Source: Octopus vulgaris (taxonomy: Eukaryota). From it: a stretch of 64,000 bases of DNA. The first letter of the stretch is position 1. Each line of letters begins with the position of its first letter. Made by a program: the position numbers and the translations under genes. The notes beneath the pieces are model-generated. The model ran no database searches. It was not told the origin of the DNA and worked only from the letters and a program-made list of their open reading frames with translations. The stretch lies in NCBI GenBank assembly GCA_951406725.2, contig OX597822.1, forward strand, positions 67,084,001 through 67,148,000. The letters run 5' to 3'. Positions 14,119-27,719 of the stretch are shown here, piece after piece.

Positions 14119-15787
14119 TCACACACATCTTTTACGATATTCTAACGATTCTGTCAAGCTATCTCGAGCAACCGCTTTAATGATGATATTCATTTTCACT
14201 TGGAGGATGCAAGATCGCTTCTGAAATGAACCATTTTTTGGATTTGATCGCAGAAGATAATTCCTGCTATTGTATTCTGCAATGAATTTGTCTGGTGCTC
14301 AAACTATCCACCGTTTAATCGCTTGTTGAATTTTATAAAATATACTATATCCCTCAATAGAGAGTGAAACTTTTTTTATTTTCTATCCGTTAATGTATAA
14401 ATCGATCAGGATATTGCGCTGACTTCAATTCACAACTATAAATATAAGTATTTAAATGTTTAATGAAACGTAATATATTACAGCAAAGAATGCATAAAAT
14501 AATAATAAAAAAAAACAAATTGTACGTTACTTGAATTTTAATTTGTAAGAGAACAAGTTTGGTATATTGATACATTAGCAAATGTAATTACATTAAAACT
14601 CTATAACATACTACTGTAAAAACTCAAATCAGACATTCTGGCACCTGGACTAGTAATTAAAAAAATATTATGCAAACGAATGCAGCATGTTTATAGCTGC
14701 CAACTAAAAGATGCAACCAGTGAAAGCTACGAAATAAAATAGGAATGTTTTCGAGTAGTATGATTTTTATGTAGGAAATAGATTTGTCTTTTACCTAGAG
14801 TATAAGGAAATCAGAGTACCGTGCTCTAAACTGCTGCATTCATAAACTAAGCATTCGATGTTACAATTCGCTACTAAGTTTCGACGAAATTTAAACAGTA
14901 TGAAGATGGTGAGTCCCAGAGTTGGTGTTGGTGATAGTACAGAAGCTAGTGAGATAGTATTAAAAGCAGTTATCTTATTATGTAGGCTAATAGTTATAGG
15001 AAGAAACAATGTTTGCTTGTATAACATGGGTGTAGTAAGAAGTATGGACTTTTTAGTTCCTAAAATAGAACAATTATAAAATAGTAAGAGGGTTAATACC
15101 TCATTCAGTGTTTTTAAAAAGAACAATGTTTTAGAGAAGCAAAAGTCGGCGGGCGCTTTTCGTCTTCTCCCATCCTTATCATTCTTGTATCATTATCATT
15201 CATCTCATTAATGCCCGTGACCAGCCCGCAAGCTACCTTACTCTATGTTCTGCCTTTATGGCAAATTTAATAAAGTAAAGAAGTATGGTGTTGGTGATGA
15301 CAGTCATGTGATTTATTTAGATAGCTTGTTATGATTTGTGAAATATTTCGCTTCTATTTCTAGCATAACCTGGTAATCGGGTACTTGGTCCTTAGTTGGA
15401 TAGAAAAAGGGCGACGATAGGAAAAGAGGAAGTGAATTAGCTAGTTTTCTGAATAGAAGTTTACTGACTTATAGCAGGGTAAATTAGAATGATGTTATCA
15501 TGTTTGCAATGATGGTGGGGCTCATTGTAATGATGATGATGTTGGTGGTGGTGATGGTCTAACAGTTGTGGTGGTGGTAATGGCGGTGATGATGACGACG
15601 ATGGCGATGAAATAAAATGCTGAGTGTGATATTGGACATTGTAGTGGTAGGAGTAAGAAATCTCACTTGCTGGCGGCATTTTTTTTATTGTAGTTAATAA
15701 AATCTGTAAGCGGCTAATAAGATATCCAGGCAATAGAGATATTTCTGTAGTCAGCTATTTGGTAGTTTAGTAGTAAAAACTACAGCG

Positions 15788-15802
15788 ATGCTGCTGCTGC
15801 TG

Positions 15803-15859
<57 letters not shown>

Positions 15860-15903
15860 TTACTACTACACGTGTTGTTGTTGCTGGTGGTGGTGGTGGT
15901 GGT
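15788..15903. repeat. Compound trinucleotide microsatellite (CTG)(CTA)(TTG)(GTG)
   Basis: Direct inspection. Confidence 0.95.
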
Positions 15904-16500
15904 GTTCCTGCTCGTCACTACTACTGTAAGAACAGCTGTAGCAGTTATAATGGAGCTATTGATAATGTTAATGATATTATAATGTTTTATTATGACACGA
16001 TAATTATGATACTATTATAGTAATTATGATATTAATTTAGGTGATATAAATCATAATATCGATTTCCTAAGCTGTAAAAGAAAAAGTGAGGAGCCAGTAT
16101 TACAGATTTAATCGACGATAGTTCAAGGCTGATAATTATTTTGTATCAAGCGTAGTGACTAAGTGGGGAATTAATTGGCCAGGGTTTGAGTTGGAACATC
16201 GCGTGAAATGAATAAACATTAGAGGGGCCAACGATAGGGGATGTATGTGGTTTACTCATCCTGCTGAAGATAGCAACATAATCTCCCTCGAATCACATTC
16301 TAAAGTTTTGAGAAAGAAGTGAAACATTATTTAATGATGTTCTAAGTATATAAAACAAACATGTGTGTGTACTCTTGGTCGATTGAACTGGGGTCATCCC
16401 AGGTTAGCGGTCCCACAGGTGTCATCGTGCCTAGAGCCGTCCATGTCGACCAGTGCCCCAACTCCATCAGTGGCGGTTCTGTACCTGCCCTTATACATCC

Positions 16501-16550
<50 letters not shown>

Positions 16551-18414
16551 GAACTCTCCCATCATTAGACGACGCATGAGAGTTCGCCAATTTCTTACCG
16601 GACAACTACACAGATGATTTATTTATAGTGATCCAATGTTTGTGTAGACATAATCTCACTCCATCCATCAGATCGACATTACATTCCCGGGAATGTAATA
16701 TCGATCTGATGTCTTTACAAGGTCGAATTTGCCCTTCATCCTTTTGGGGTGGATAAATTAAGCATCAATTGCGTACAAGGGCCGTACGAGGGGGATAGTA
16801 TTATACCACGTGGGATATTAAGGCTGCTGCCTAATTTCATATGTAACCAGCTTGGTTGTAGCATTTTGCACAACAAAGGATTTAACATTGTTAGAAAAAA
16901 TTACTGACGAGCAAGTGCCATACTGCGAATGAGGGTATCTATCCAAGACAAATTGTATGTAATACATCGTGGAATAAGATTATCTGTTCTACTCTATCCA
17001 AAGAGCACACCATTTATGTTCATATTTCAGAGTCTACATTACATTATTGTAATGGAGAACTTTCTTGAATGGTCAGAGTGGAGCTGGTTATCTATAGGGA
17101 TGATAGAGCATCACTTCTAGAGTCTGTATGGCTAGTGTTTTCTCAAGGTGTGTTTGGGAATTGAGGATATACGGAATGTGGATGTAGAAAGTACTGAGAA
17201 GCTGACGCATGCATAGATTGCAATCACAGTTTCGGTTAAGCTGGAGAAATAAGAATGGCGGAGGTTACTCTGAATCATATCGTTTTTGGTAAATCAGTAA
17301 TCTTTTTTTTATCAACCAAAAAGTCAAGTAGGAAGTTGTACAATATGAAGTCAAAATAAAAGTGGACACTCGTTGTAACGAATTTACATTTCTTGTTGGA
17401 ATTGGAGCGTTTCTAAAACCTCAGCGGTCAGATATTTATTATTCATGATTTTGAGATTGCAACGGCTGAACACTATATAAATATAAGTATAGCTTTCGTT
17501 ATTTTTTATATTTTGCATTTCAGAAATAAGCATAGAATGGCTAAATGCGGCGATTCGGAAAAACAATTGAGGCAAAATTAATATTGTACTTTAGACAGGT
17601 AACAAGGGAAGCAACTGAGAAACGTTTCTGCCATTAGATTTCATCGTTCGAATTTATATAGATTTCGTTATATTTTTCTGTTTCATGATGATGATGGTGA
17701 TGATGATTATGATTTCGATTATGGGAGAAGCGATAACGTGCACTATCATATATTGTGATGTTTTTTAATTATGAAATTTTCAATCCGTCGCTGTTTTAGA
17801 CTGATATTTATAGTTGCACTATATATTTTAACAATGCTGTGTTTCTTTTCTCTATATTTTCTACAAGGCATAGAGAAGTAAATTTATATATTTTGCTGTT
17901 ACAGCTGCAACATTGTTCTTTTTGTTGTTTGTTTTTAAATTTTTGCTGAGTTCGGAATTGATAATGTGCGATTCCTTGTTATTGTATTATTTGTTGCTAT
18001 ACTTGCCGGTCTAACTGTTGTTATTTATGCTTTCCCTATTGTTTCTTCAGTTGTTTTGCAGTATTCATTGATTTACTTCTGGGATCTCCATTCGAAAGTT
18101 TTCGATTTTGCGGTTGTGTGGTCTTCTTGTTTATTGTTTATATTGTTCCTGTTATGGTCCTACTGTAATGATGGATCGATGTTTAGAGAGATATTCTATT
18201 CTCGGCAAATATGCTTGCATACAGCGTAACATAAATTACACTAACTTTCTTCTTCCACTAAATTCGCCCCTTAATTTTGGTTATGCCGTATCTCAATGTC
18301 TTCATATCAAATACAGTGCTGATGGGATAGATGTCGAAATTAGCGAGCAAACATGCGATCGCTGGTCTCCCGGTGTATTTCACTTGCTTTGTATACCATG
18401 TATTAGTATCATAT

Positions 18415-18763
18415 CCGTGAAGGCAAATGGCTCAGTGGCTAGAGCGTAGAGCTTACGATCGTGAGGTTGTGAGTTCGATTCCTGGACCGGCCTGTGTGTT
18501 GTGTTCTCGTGCAAGACGCTTTATTTCACGCTGCTGCAGTTAACTCAGCTGTAGAAATGAGTTGCGACGTCACTGGTGCCAAGCTGTATTGGCCCCTTTG
18601 CCTTTCCCTTGGATAACATCAGTGGTGTGGAGAGGGGAGGCTAGTATACATGGGCGACTTTTAACCTTCCACAAACAATCTTGCCGAGACTTGTGCCTCG
18701 GAGGGTAACTTTCTAGGTGCAGTCCTATGGTCATTCATGACCGAAGGGGGTCTCCTCATCCTC
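18415..18763 (+). mobile_element. tRNA SINE family D with 13-bp target-site duplication
   Basis: A box tggctcagtgg, B box gagttcgattc; TSD attagtatcatat at 18402-18414 and 18764-18776. Confidence 0.9.
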
Positions 18764-18957
18764 ATTAGTATCATATGCACTGATATAGTGTTTTTGTTGC
18801 GCGTGTCTATTCGGAGACGGTTATACACTCAATTCATGAACATTTGGTCCACCACTCTACTGAAGGGATCAATCGCCTGTAGTGTTGCTTCGCTGCTTGA
18901 AATCTTTGCTGTGCTGCTCGGGTCGTTGCTGCGCTGCCCGGGATCGTTGCTGCATCA

Positions 18958-19305
18958 TAGCCATGTGTTTAGAGGAATTCTTTGGGGTTTGAATAATTCG
19001 CCTCTGGAAACATGGGTGTTTCATTCAACATCCTTAAACATGGGTGTTTCATTCAACATCCTTAAACAACTCTTATTCAGTGACCTTTTGAGCAGGATGG
19101 GCTACTCAACCAAAAGAAAATTCTAACTGGGCCCCACATGCAAAGTCATGCGCTGTATATCGTGATACGAGGTCACCATGTCGCGTACACATGGTTGTGA
19201 TGCATGTGCCTTATCAGACTGGTAGTCGTGATGGGTATATCGGGCTTCGTATATTTGTAACCCAGCGTCACTTTGATAGCGCACTGCTCTCTCACACAAC
19301 AACAA
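18958..19305 (+). repeat. Unclassified interspersed-repeat-like segment ending in (CAA)n(TAA)n
   Basis: GC-richer block with an exact 28-bp tandem duplication (19008-19063), running into a trinucleotide tract. Confidence 0.4.
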
Positions 19306-19313
19306 TGACAACG

Positions 19314-19392
<79 letters not shown>

Positions 19393-19421
19393 TAATAAAT
19401 TTGATAAATTTGATAAAACAA

Positions 19422-20028
19422 GAAACCATCTCGTCTCGGGAAGTCCTGTGCTGACACCAAACGAATCGAAAAATGTGGTATGAACATCATCCTGAGCCAG
19501 TCGTTGAAGGTAAAAATGTCAGTATCCTCTGAGATTTTACAGTCGACACCTACAGGACGATTCAAGATAATCGACCAGACATAGTCAATAAAGACAATGA
19601 AGAAAATACTTGGAGACTAATAAATGTAAATGTTCCCACAGATAAACATATATTTGTAAAGGAATTTGAGAAATTAAGTAAAAATACAAAGGGTGTAGCA
19701 TCTTAAACCAAGAACTGTTCCTGTTAGGTGGGCGCCCTTGGTATAGGAATGAGATGTCGGAAACATCTAGATAATATCCCAGGAGAATCATGTCTCAGCG
19801 GAATCCAAAAGATTGTGCTGACAAGTACAGCGCACATCCTTAGTAAAACCCTATTAATTCAAATGTATGTGTTGTATTACATGAAGTTATTTCGATAGTG
19901 CCCCTAAAACTTGCCCTCCTCAAGCTTTCTGTCATTATGTAACATCTCTTATCCGTCACTCTCCCTAGGACGCTGGGTGTGTTTCGGCGAGTGATTGTAA
20001 CAAACATGCAGATTGAAATTAAAAAATA
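19422..20028 (+). mobile_element. Second, older R4/Dong-type LINE 3' fragment
   Basis: Reads NHLVSGSPVLTPNE / WYEHHPEPVVEGKNVSIL*DFTVDTYRTIQDNRPDIV..KEFEKLSK / VGALG / IQKIVLTSTAHILSKTL; follows a (TAA)n tract. Confidence 0.8.
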
Positions 20029-20928
20029 CATACATACATACATGAAAACATTCTTATTTTTGCACCGAGACAATAAAGATCCAAAAACATTGTTCTTTAA
20101 TTATTTTTTTTTCTTTTGATTAAGCTATATTTCTGCTAAGATAATAATTCAGAGTCGCACACAGCTACTAAGTCCCGTCTCCACTCTCGCTATATATACT
20201 ACTCAGATATGATGATTACAGAGGTTGTTTCTGTTTGGTAGTGATATTAAAATTACCGGTCTCTCTGTTCAGACAATAAAATATCAGTGTTAGCTATGTA
20301 GTTATTATCTTGTTGCCGCCATTTTTTATTCACCGAAACTGTCGAAATTTTTTATTAGTACTAGAATTGTTTGATCTAGAAATGTATCACCTATCCATTA
20401 CAGAGACTCTCTATATATATATTGAATTACCAGATTAACTTTTATGTAATTCATTTACAATCTCTGTAATTTAATTTTTTTTCCATTTCATAATCTACAT
20501 TTTTTACCATACGGCTAAAAATCTCTGACAACATAAATTTGTATATATCAAATGGCAATCATCATATCCTCCTTAACGGGAATATATTATCAAAGTAGTG
20601 CCAAATACTGTTGTATTCGCTTTGAAAGACCCTTTCATATAGATGTACGGTGCTTAAAAGCACTGACATATATCATAATAGACGAGAACCGTCTGGTACT
20701 GGCACTGGGGATGCTAGATCACTGGATTTCAAAATGCTATATATACTTCAGTGGCAGGCATGGATCACTGTATAGCAGCCACAGCTCACTGCTAATGACA
20801 TATAGAATAACAGTGATTTTCCAGTGACTAATGTGACAAATAGGCAGCAGGCTAATAAGGATATAAATATTGGCTACAGAAACAGTACCAAAAAAACAAT
20901 CTTCATATCCTTTAATTATGGATGTATT

Positions 20929-21261
20929 GAGACCCCTTTCGGTCATGACTGACTGTGGGATTGCACCTAGAAAGTTACCCTCCGAGGCACAAGTCTGGGC
21001 AAGGTTGTTTATGGAAGGCCAGCAGTCGCCCATGCATACCGGCCTCCCCTCTTCACGCCACCAGTGTTATCCAAGGGAAAGGCAAAGGCCGATACAACTT
21101 GGCACCTGTGACGTCGCAACTCATTTCTACAGCTGAGTGAATGGAACAACGTTAAATAAAGTGTCTTGCTCAAGAACGCAACACGCAGCTCGGGCCGGGA
21201 TTCGAACTGACAACCTCACGATCGAAAGCTTGACGCTCTAACCACTGAGCCATGCGCCTTC
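20929..21261 (-). mobile_element. SINE family D
   Basis: Reverse complement of 18415-18763; candidate TSD atgtatt at 20922-20928 and 21262-21268. Confidence 0.9.
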
Positions 21262-21411
21262 ATGTATTATTAGAGGGCCAAATACTGCGATAATAGCATC
21301 GAGAGATTCTCTCATATAGATTTATGGTACGTGAAAACACTGGAATACAAGCAGGCGACACTTTTCTGATAGGGTCACTGGGACTGGCATATCACGTGAT
21401 TTCAATGTATC

Positions 21412-21577
21412 GTACATTATTTATGTTATTTACACTCGACGGATATTTGTCTTCATCTTGTTTCTTGTTAAAAGAACGTTTCACCTCAAATACCCTCCAG
21501 CCTTCTTCAGGTGTCTTGGGGGAAACTTTTGAACCTGGGTTCTCATTCATAAGGTATTTTTGATGATGTTGCTGTTG

Positions 21578-21615
<38 letters not shown>

Positions 21616-21703
21616 GTTCAGATCACTGCTTGGAATCGAACTCGGAATCTTGGGGTTAGTAGCCCGCGCGCTTAACCACTATGCCATATGCCCGAGGGCA
21701 TAT
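21412..21703 (-). mobile_element. SINE family H, uninterrupted copy
   Basis: Minus strand: tgccctcgggca hairpin, A box tggcatagtgg, B box gagttcgattc, (AAT)n(AAC)n, then gacac-CTGAAGA..GAAAcgtt (21470-21515). Confidence 0.8.
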
Positions 21704-21834
21704 CTAGAATAGAGAGAACTGTATTCAATGTATTGTGCTTTATCAGTAGCCCGCGCTCTTAACCACTATGCCATATGCCCGAGGGCATATCTAGAATAGA
21801 GAGAACTGTATTCAATGTATTGTGCTTTATCAGT
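21661..21834. repeat. 87-bp tandem duplication
   Basis: 21661-21747 and 21748-21834 are near identical. Confidence 0.95.
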
Positions 21835-21907
21835 GGCAGGTGTCGAGCAACGGACGGAAGACATATGTCCCTGCTAACGATACTATAAACTAAATCTTAT
21901 CTAATTC

Positions 21908-22255
21908 TTTGTTTCAGTCATAGGACTGCAGCCACGTTGATGCAATACCTGAGGGATTTTAGTCAAACACATATACCCCAGTGCCTATTTTGCTTTTAAA
22001 ACTGCTACTTATTCCTTCGCTCTCTATGGCCAAACCGATAAGTTAAGTGAACGAAATTGGCGCGTCAAACAGGGACACACGCACGGATACACGCATACAC
22101 ACTCATATAGACCTATGAGTTTTCACAGCTTCCCACCAACAAATTCACTCACAATGCGTTATATTTAAAGTGTCATCCTCAATATGCTGCGCAAACGGAA
22201 TGAACCCGGAACTATGTGTTTGCAAAGCGAGCTTCTTAACTATACACCTATACCT
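21908..22255 (-). mobile_element. Old diverged SINE family B relative
   Basis: ttgtttcagtcataggactgcagcca tail; tgaacccggaactatgtgtttg head remnant. Confidence 0.5.
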
Positions 22256-22264
22256 CTGATCGAA

Positions 22265-22529
22265 TACTCTTTTACTCATTTACTTGTTACAGTCATTTCA
22301 CTGTGGCCATGCTGGAGCACCACCTTTAGTCGAACAAATCGACTCCAGGACTTCTTTATTGTAAGCCTAGTACTTATACTACAGGTCTCTTTTACCGAAC
22401 CACTAAGTTACGGACACGTAAACACACCAGCATCGGTCGTCAAGCGATGTTGGCGAGCCAAACACAGAAACATAAACATACACATACACAAACACACACA
22501 CACACACGCACACACACACACACATATAT

Positions 22530-22577
<48 letters not shown>

Positions 22578-22743
22578 GCATATATAGGAAGGGCTTATTC
22601 CAGTTTCCATCTACCAAATCCACTTACAAGGCTTTGGTCGGCCCGAGGCCATTGTAGAAGACACTTGCCCGAGGTGCCACGCAGTGGGACTGTACCCGGT
22701 ACCATGTGGTTGGTAAGCATACTACTTACCACACAGCCACTCG
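22265..22743 (-). mobile_element. SINE family B
   Basis: Full reverse-complement copy with internal CA/TA tract. Confidence 0.9.
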
Positions 22744-23308
22744 TATATTCTTTAAATATCATCCACGTGAATGAATCTGGATGGAGATGGACATTTAAAT
22801 GAAACATATGCCACCGATTATATGCCACCGATTGAATGATAACAGAAATATAACCTCAAGTGTTTAGTACTTTGATGCGCCTATGTATGTACCTAATTTA
22901 AGTAAATATCTTTACTGCATATTTTTAACACCTCAATAAATAATTCAAAAATGACCGCTTCATTTCAGCATATTAATAATTAGTTGACATTAATTAACTC
23001 TAATAAACACTACGATGTACATTTAGCCTCAAGATAGGCTGATGCTTACTGACTGATTTGATCTCAATATACCACGTGTGATTGAATTTCCACCTGAATG
23101 ACCAACCGAAATGTTAAGAAAAATATATTAATTTTACTGCACCATCTCTAGTTTCCTATTACAGCCAATTTAATAAATGAACTTTTATCCTCAAACAATT
23201 ATTGTAAACATACATGAATTTACACACGCATCTCATGAGTGAATATACAAATACATAATACATATATATCTGTGTGTTTGAGTGTGTGTGTACACATAAT
23301 CATATATG

Positions 23309-23365
<57 letters not shown>

Positions 23366-23564
23366 ATCTCTATCCTCCTCCGCCTCCTCTGGTAGTGTAT
23401 ATGTATGTATATATATACACACACTTATACATATATATATATATTTGTATATACACACACATATATATATATATTTATATATGCGTGTGTATATGTATAT
23501 ATTTATATACATATATACACACGCACCACATATATTTACAGACAGACAGACAGACAGATATACT

Positions 23565-23645
<81 letters not shown>

Positions 23646-24243
23646 GAAATATTCTCGAGAGAAATGTTACCAACTGCAAATATGATTACGGTATTATACA
23701 TTATAAAAGCAACGGAAATAGTGTTTGAAAGCAACGTCGCTTCATAACTAATTACATATGATGGAGGTTAGTAAGGTTAGTACGGTATATTAACCGACGT
23801 AATCAATGCTGTGTTAGTGTAAACGTTATTTTAATAAATATTAATCTTTCTTCAATAAATTGTGGTAGATGTCAATGGTTTTAACCATGATCAAATAATG
23901 TCTCTAATTACTGTAGCAATTTCCAAGTACATGTGTACACATATATGGGTCTGCTTATGTATATGAATGTGTGTAGAAGTATGCGTGTATGTACATATGA
24001 ATGTAAGATTTGTATGCACATTAGAGCTACGTCAACGGCGCATCTTAATAGATTCAAAACTGAACTAATTTCAATGAAACGCATGCAATATTCTTTGCAA
24101 AATAGATACAGAAATAATTTTTTTATAGATTGCATATATATATATATATATATTGGTATAAACGGTAAGATAACAAAATAAAGAAAGAGACCTCAATATT
24201 ATGTAAATAGTTTTATCTTGACTATTGAATAATTGTAACACAT

Positions 24244-24279
<36 letters not shown>

Positions 24280-24283
<4 letters not shown>

Positions 24284-24502
24284 TTTGGCAGGATTTACAG
24301 AACACACCTGTCATATCAGCAAGTTCGTCAATTGTTCGGTGAAGATCCTCTAATACCAGTTCATGAATTTTCATGATATTTTCATTCGTTCGGGGGAGGT
24401 TGGCCTTCAAGCGACAAGTGGTCATTCCTAAATCGTAGAAACCACTCATAAACATGTGTTTTGCACATGGCAGCGTCCTTGAAATCTGTTTGAATCACGA
24501 CA
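24280..24502 (-). mobile_element. Inverted fragment of the neighbouring mariner transposase
   Basis: Reverse complement of 26122-26343; same peptide RTNENIMKIHEL..RTIDELADMTGVFCKSCQRI. Confidence 0.9.
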
Positions 24503-24661
24503 GGAATGGCTGTGTGGTAAGTAGCTTGCTAACCAACCACATGGTACTGGGTTCAGTCCCACTGCGTGGCATCTTGGGTAAGTGTCTTCTACTATAGCCT
24601 CGGGCCGACCAATGCCTTGCGAGTGGATTTGGTAGACGGAAACTGAAAGAAGCCCGTCGTA

Positions 24662-24701
<40 letters not shown>

Positions 24702-24930
24702 CGTGTGTGTGTTTGTGTGTCTGTGTTTGTCCCCCTAGCATTGCTTGACAACCGATGCTGGTGTGTTTATGTCCCCGTTACTTAGCGGTTCGGCAAAAGA
24801 GACCGATAGAATAAGTACTGGGCTTACAAAAAAAAAAAGAATAAGTCTCGGGGTCGAGATGCTCGATTAAAGGCGGTGCTCCAGCATGGCCGCAGTCAAA
24901 TGACAGAAACAAGTAAAAGAGTAAAGAGAG
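24501..24930 (+). mobile_element. SINE family B
   Basis: Full copy with internal TA/TG tract. Confidence 0.9.
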
Positions 24931-24957
24931 AGTATATATATAAACGCTGAACAGATG

Positions 24958-25029
<72 letters not shown>

Positions 25030-25856
25030 CATATAACTCTAATTGTGAAACGCATTCCTGATTTTCGGATTGTTGCCTTTCAAGTTTGCGAACACGTCTT
25101 CGTAAGGATGACATAAGATAAAGAAGGCTCATTAATTTGCTGAATTCGCGAAACTAATGTAGTACAATCGAATTCTGTTCTATAGCGTCTGCTACTAACT
25201 GCTGCAAAATGTCGAATGATATTGCTCCTAGCTAGCAGCTTGATGAGTGTCTAGCGACTGATGAATACTGCACCCTTTTTATTTGATCAAGTTTTTTTTA
25301 GCAATATCTATTGTGGGCCATAGACGTTTTTAGATACGTTACGCTTGTCTTTCGAGAAATTTTATGGAAGATGTTAACTGCTTGTAAACTAGACGTAGTC
25401 CTGTTTTTACTCCTACAAAAGCAGTGGGCTTTTATACTTAGATTATGTGATAGTATTAACAGGTCATGATTTAAATAGTTAGCCAGTAAGACGTACCACA
25501 TGTGACAACGGAATGATAGATTCTTTTCCGTATTAACGGACACATCTCTCTGTTGCAATATTTCTGAATTGTCTTCCTACAGCGGGTCTAATTCCTAGTT
25601 ATTTCCAGTTTAATACCTTTCATTAACCTTTACCGATGCCTCAATAAATCTTGTATAATTTTCAATAAACTTTCCGATGAGCACTGTTCTTCGCTTCCTG
25701 AGCTTTACTTGCAAGGCAGTTGCTTCAGTTAGCATACCATATTTCTGAGCCAATGTCACAGCCTCAACCTTTTAATCTATCAGACTGAAAAATATAGCAG
25801 CAAAATAATTTTCATTCAGAGCAGCCTTGAAAAATCGATTGACACGGCGTAACATA

Positions 25857-26737
25857 TGAGGGGGTACCCAAAAGTTACCGGAAACGTTCTCAATGGGACA
25901 AACCCGTTGTTGTTCAGGCTTCCGCCGCTAGAAGACACTTGATGCAACCCTAAAGCTTCAGTCTGCCGACCGGTGTGTTCCAGTGCAGTTGTCACGTGGG
26001 GCGTCTTTGTTTTGATGTTCTTCTCCCCTGTTCGTTGACTTTTGCGATGACTGAAACGGATGAACAGCGTGCTCCTGTGAAATTTTGTTTTCTTTTTGGG
26101 GAAAACGGCAGCCGAAACAGTTGTCGTGATTCAAACAGATTTCAAGGACGCTGCCATGTGCAAAACACATGTTTACGAGTGGTTTCCACGCTTTAGGAAT
26201 GACCACTTGTCGCTTGAAGGCCAACGCCCGCGAACGAATGAAAACATCATGAAAATTCATGAACTAATATTAGAGGATCATCACCGAACAATTGACGAAC
26301 TTGCTGATATGACAGGTGTGTTCTGTAAATCCTGCCAAAGAATTTTGAGCGAGAGATTGTGAAGGAAAAAAGCTGCAGCCAAACTTGTACCTCGCTTGCT
26401 CACGGAAAATCAAATGCAGTCACTACTAAATGCGTGTCGTGAACTGAAAGAACAGTTTGAAGTTGATTCGGACCTTTTTTCGAAGGTCATCACTGGTGAC
26501 GGAAGCTGGTGGTACGGAATTTTCAGAAGTGGCAGAGGTGAAGAATAAAACGACGAAGACTTTTAAAAGGTTTCACTTTGCAAGAGATGCAGCACTGTTC
26601 GAATAATGGAAAACGCGCCTGGACCGATGCAGTGCTTCGAATGGAGAATACTTTGAAGGCGATAAAAGTGTAAATATGTAAAACTAAGAAAATAAAACAA
26701 TATTGCAAAATTCCAATTTCCTTGGGGTACCCCCTCG
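25857..26737 (+). mobile_element. Internally deleted mariner (Tc1/mariner) transposon
   Basis: TIRs TA-tgagggggtacccaaaag / cttggggtaccccctcg-TA; EQRAPVKFCF..GKTAAET..VYEWF..AKLVPRLLT..VITGDGSWWY, then jumps to C-terminal GEYFEGD. Confidence 0.9.
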
Positions 26738-27674
26738 TATAGTCACTGGCAGCTTTGAAGCGACAGAATGAACATAATTGGAATCACTGTAGTCATAGAT
26801 CTGCTTAATCAGAGTAGATCTGAGGTAGACAACAAAGCTACTACCTCATGAAGCATCAGCTGAACTTGTACCAAATGTGAACCAAGCTGCAACATTATTT
26901 TTCCGTAAACAAATAGTAGTTTAAAGTTGGAAAGCACAACTTCAACCGTTTGCTTTTTCACCAAACATCGAGAAGATATTTTGAAATAGTTGCTCGATAT
27001 GCGAGAGATTGCAGCCAAATATGTTTCAGATATCGCATCAGTTTAGATAGAAAAATAATACATGTGCGATTGTTCGGTTAACCATTACACAGGATGGTAA
27101 TAATCAGAATACATATGAGCTGGTGTTAAATGACATCACGAACCATCCATCTGTTAGAATCACTATGCTGTATTGCATTGGACCGCCTTTTCTGGTCTCT
27201 GTGCATAATTTTATTCTCAAAACATTCAACTATATATATGATCTGGGTGGAAATCATCTGCGTTTATTTATCCTATTCGCTGTCCGCATCATTGATTGGT
27301 TCTGAACGTTCCCTTGTCGGCTCTACTTATTGTTTTAAATATATATGTATCTATGTAATGAAAATATCTATTTTAAGATAATGTGCGAAGGTCATCTCAA
27401 GAAAACCTATGATCACAATCGTTCCAGACATGACCAGCCTGGTATTTTATATTTCTACTTCTATAATTTCATGCCATCATTAATACTGAGAGATAAAATT
27501 TCAGTAAATCTTGGCTACTATTTCCAGCAGGTGGAGCGAAAGTGTAGAGAATCGCTGGAAATACGATGTAAGCAGATATTCAGAGAAACAAAAACAAGTA
27601 CAGTGGTGTATACAAACACAGACACACACGCGCACACACACACACACACACACACACGCGCACACACACACACG

Positions 27675-27719
<45 letters not shown>

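Noticed and set aside
14880-15080. CR1/L2-like LINE 3' remnants (also ~16860-17250 and ~45540-45760)
   Set aside because: Only vague peptide resemblance by eye; needs an HMM search
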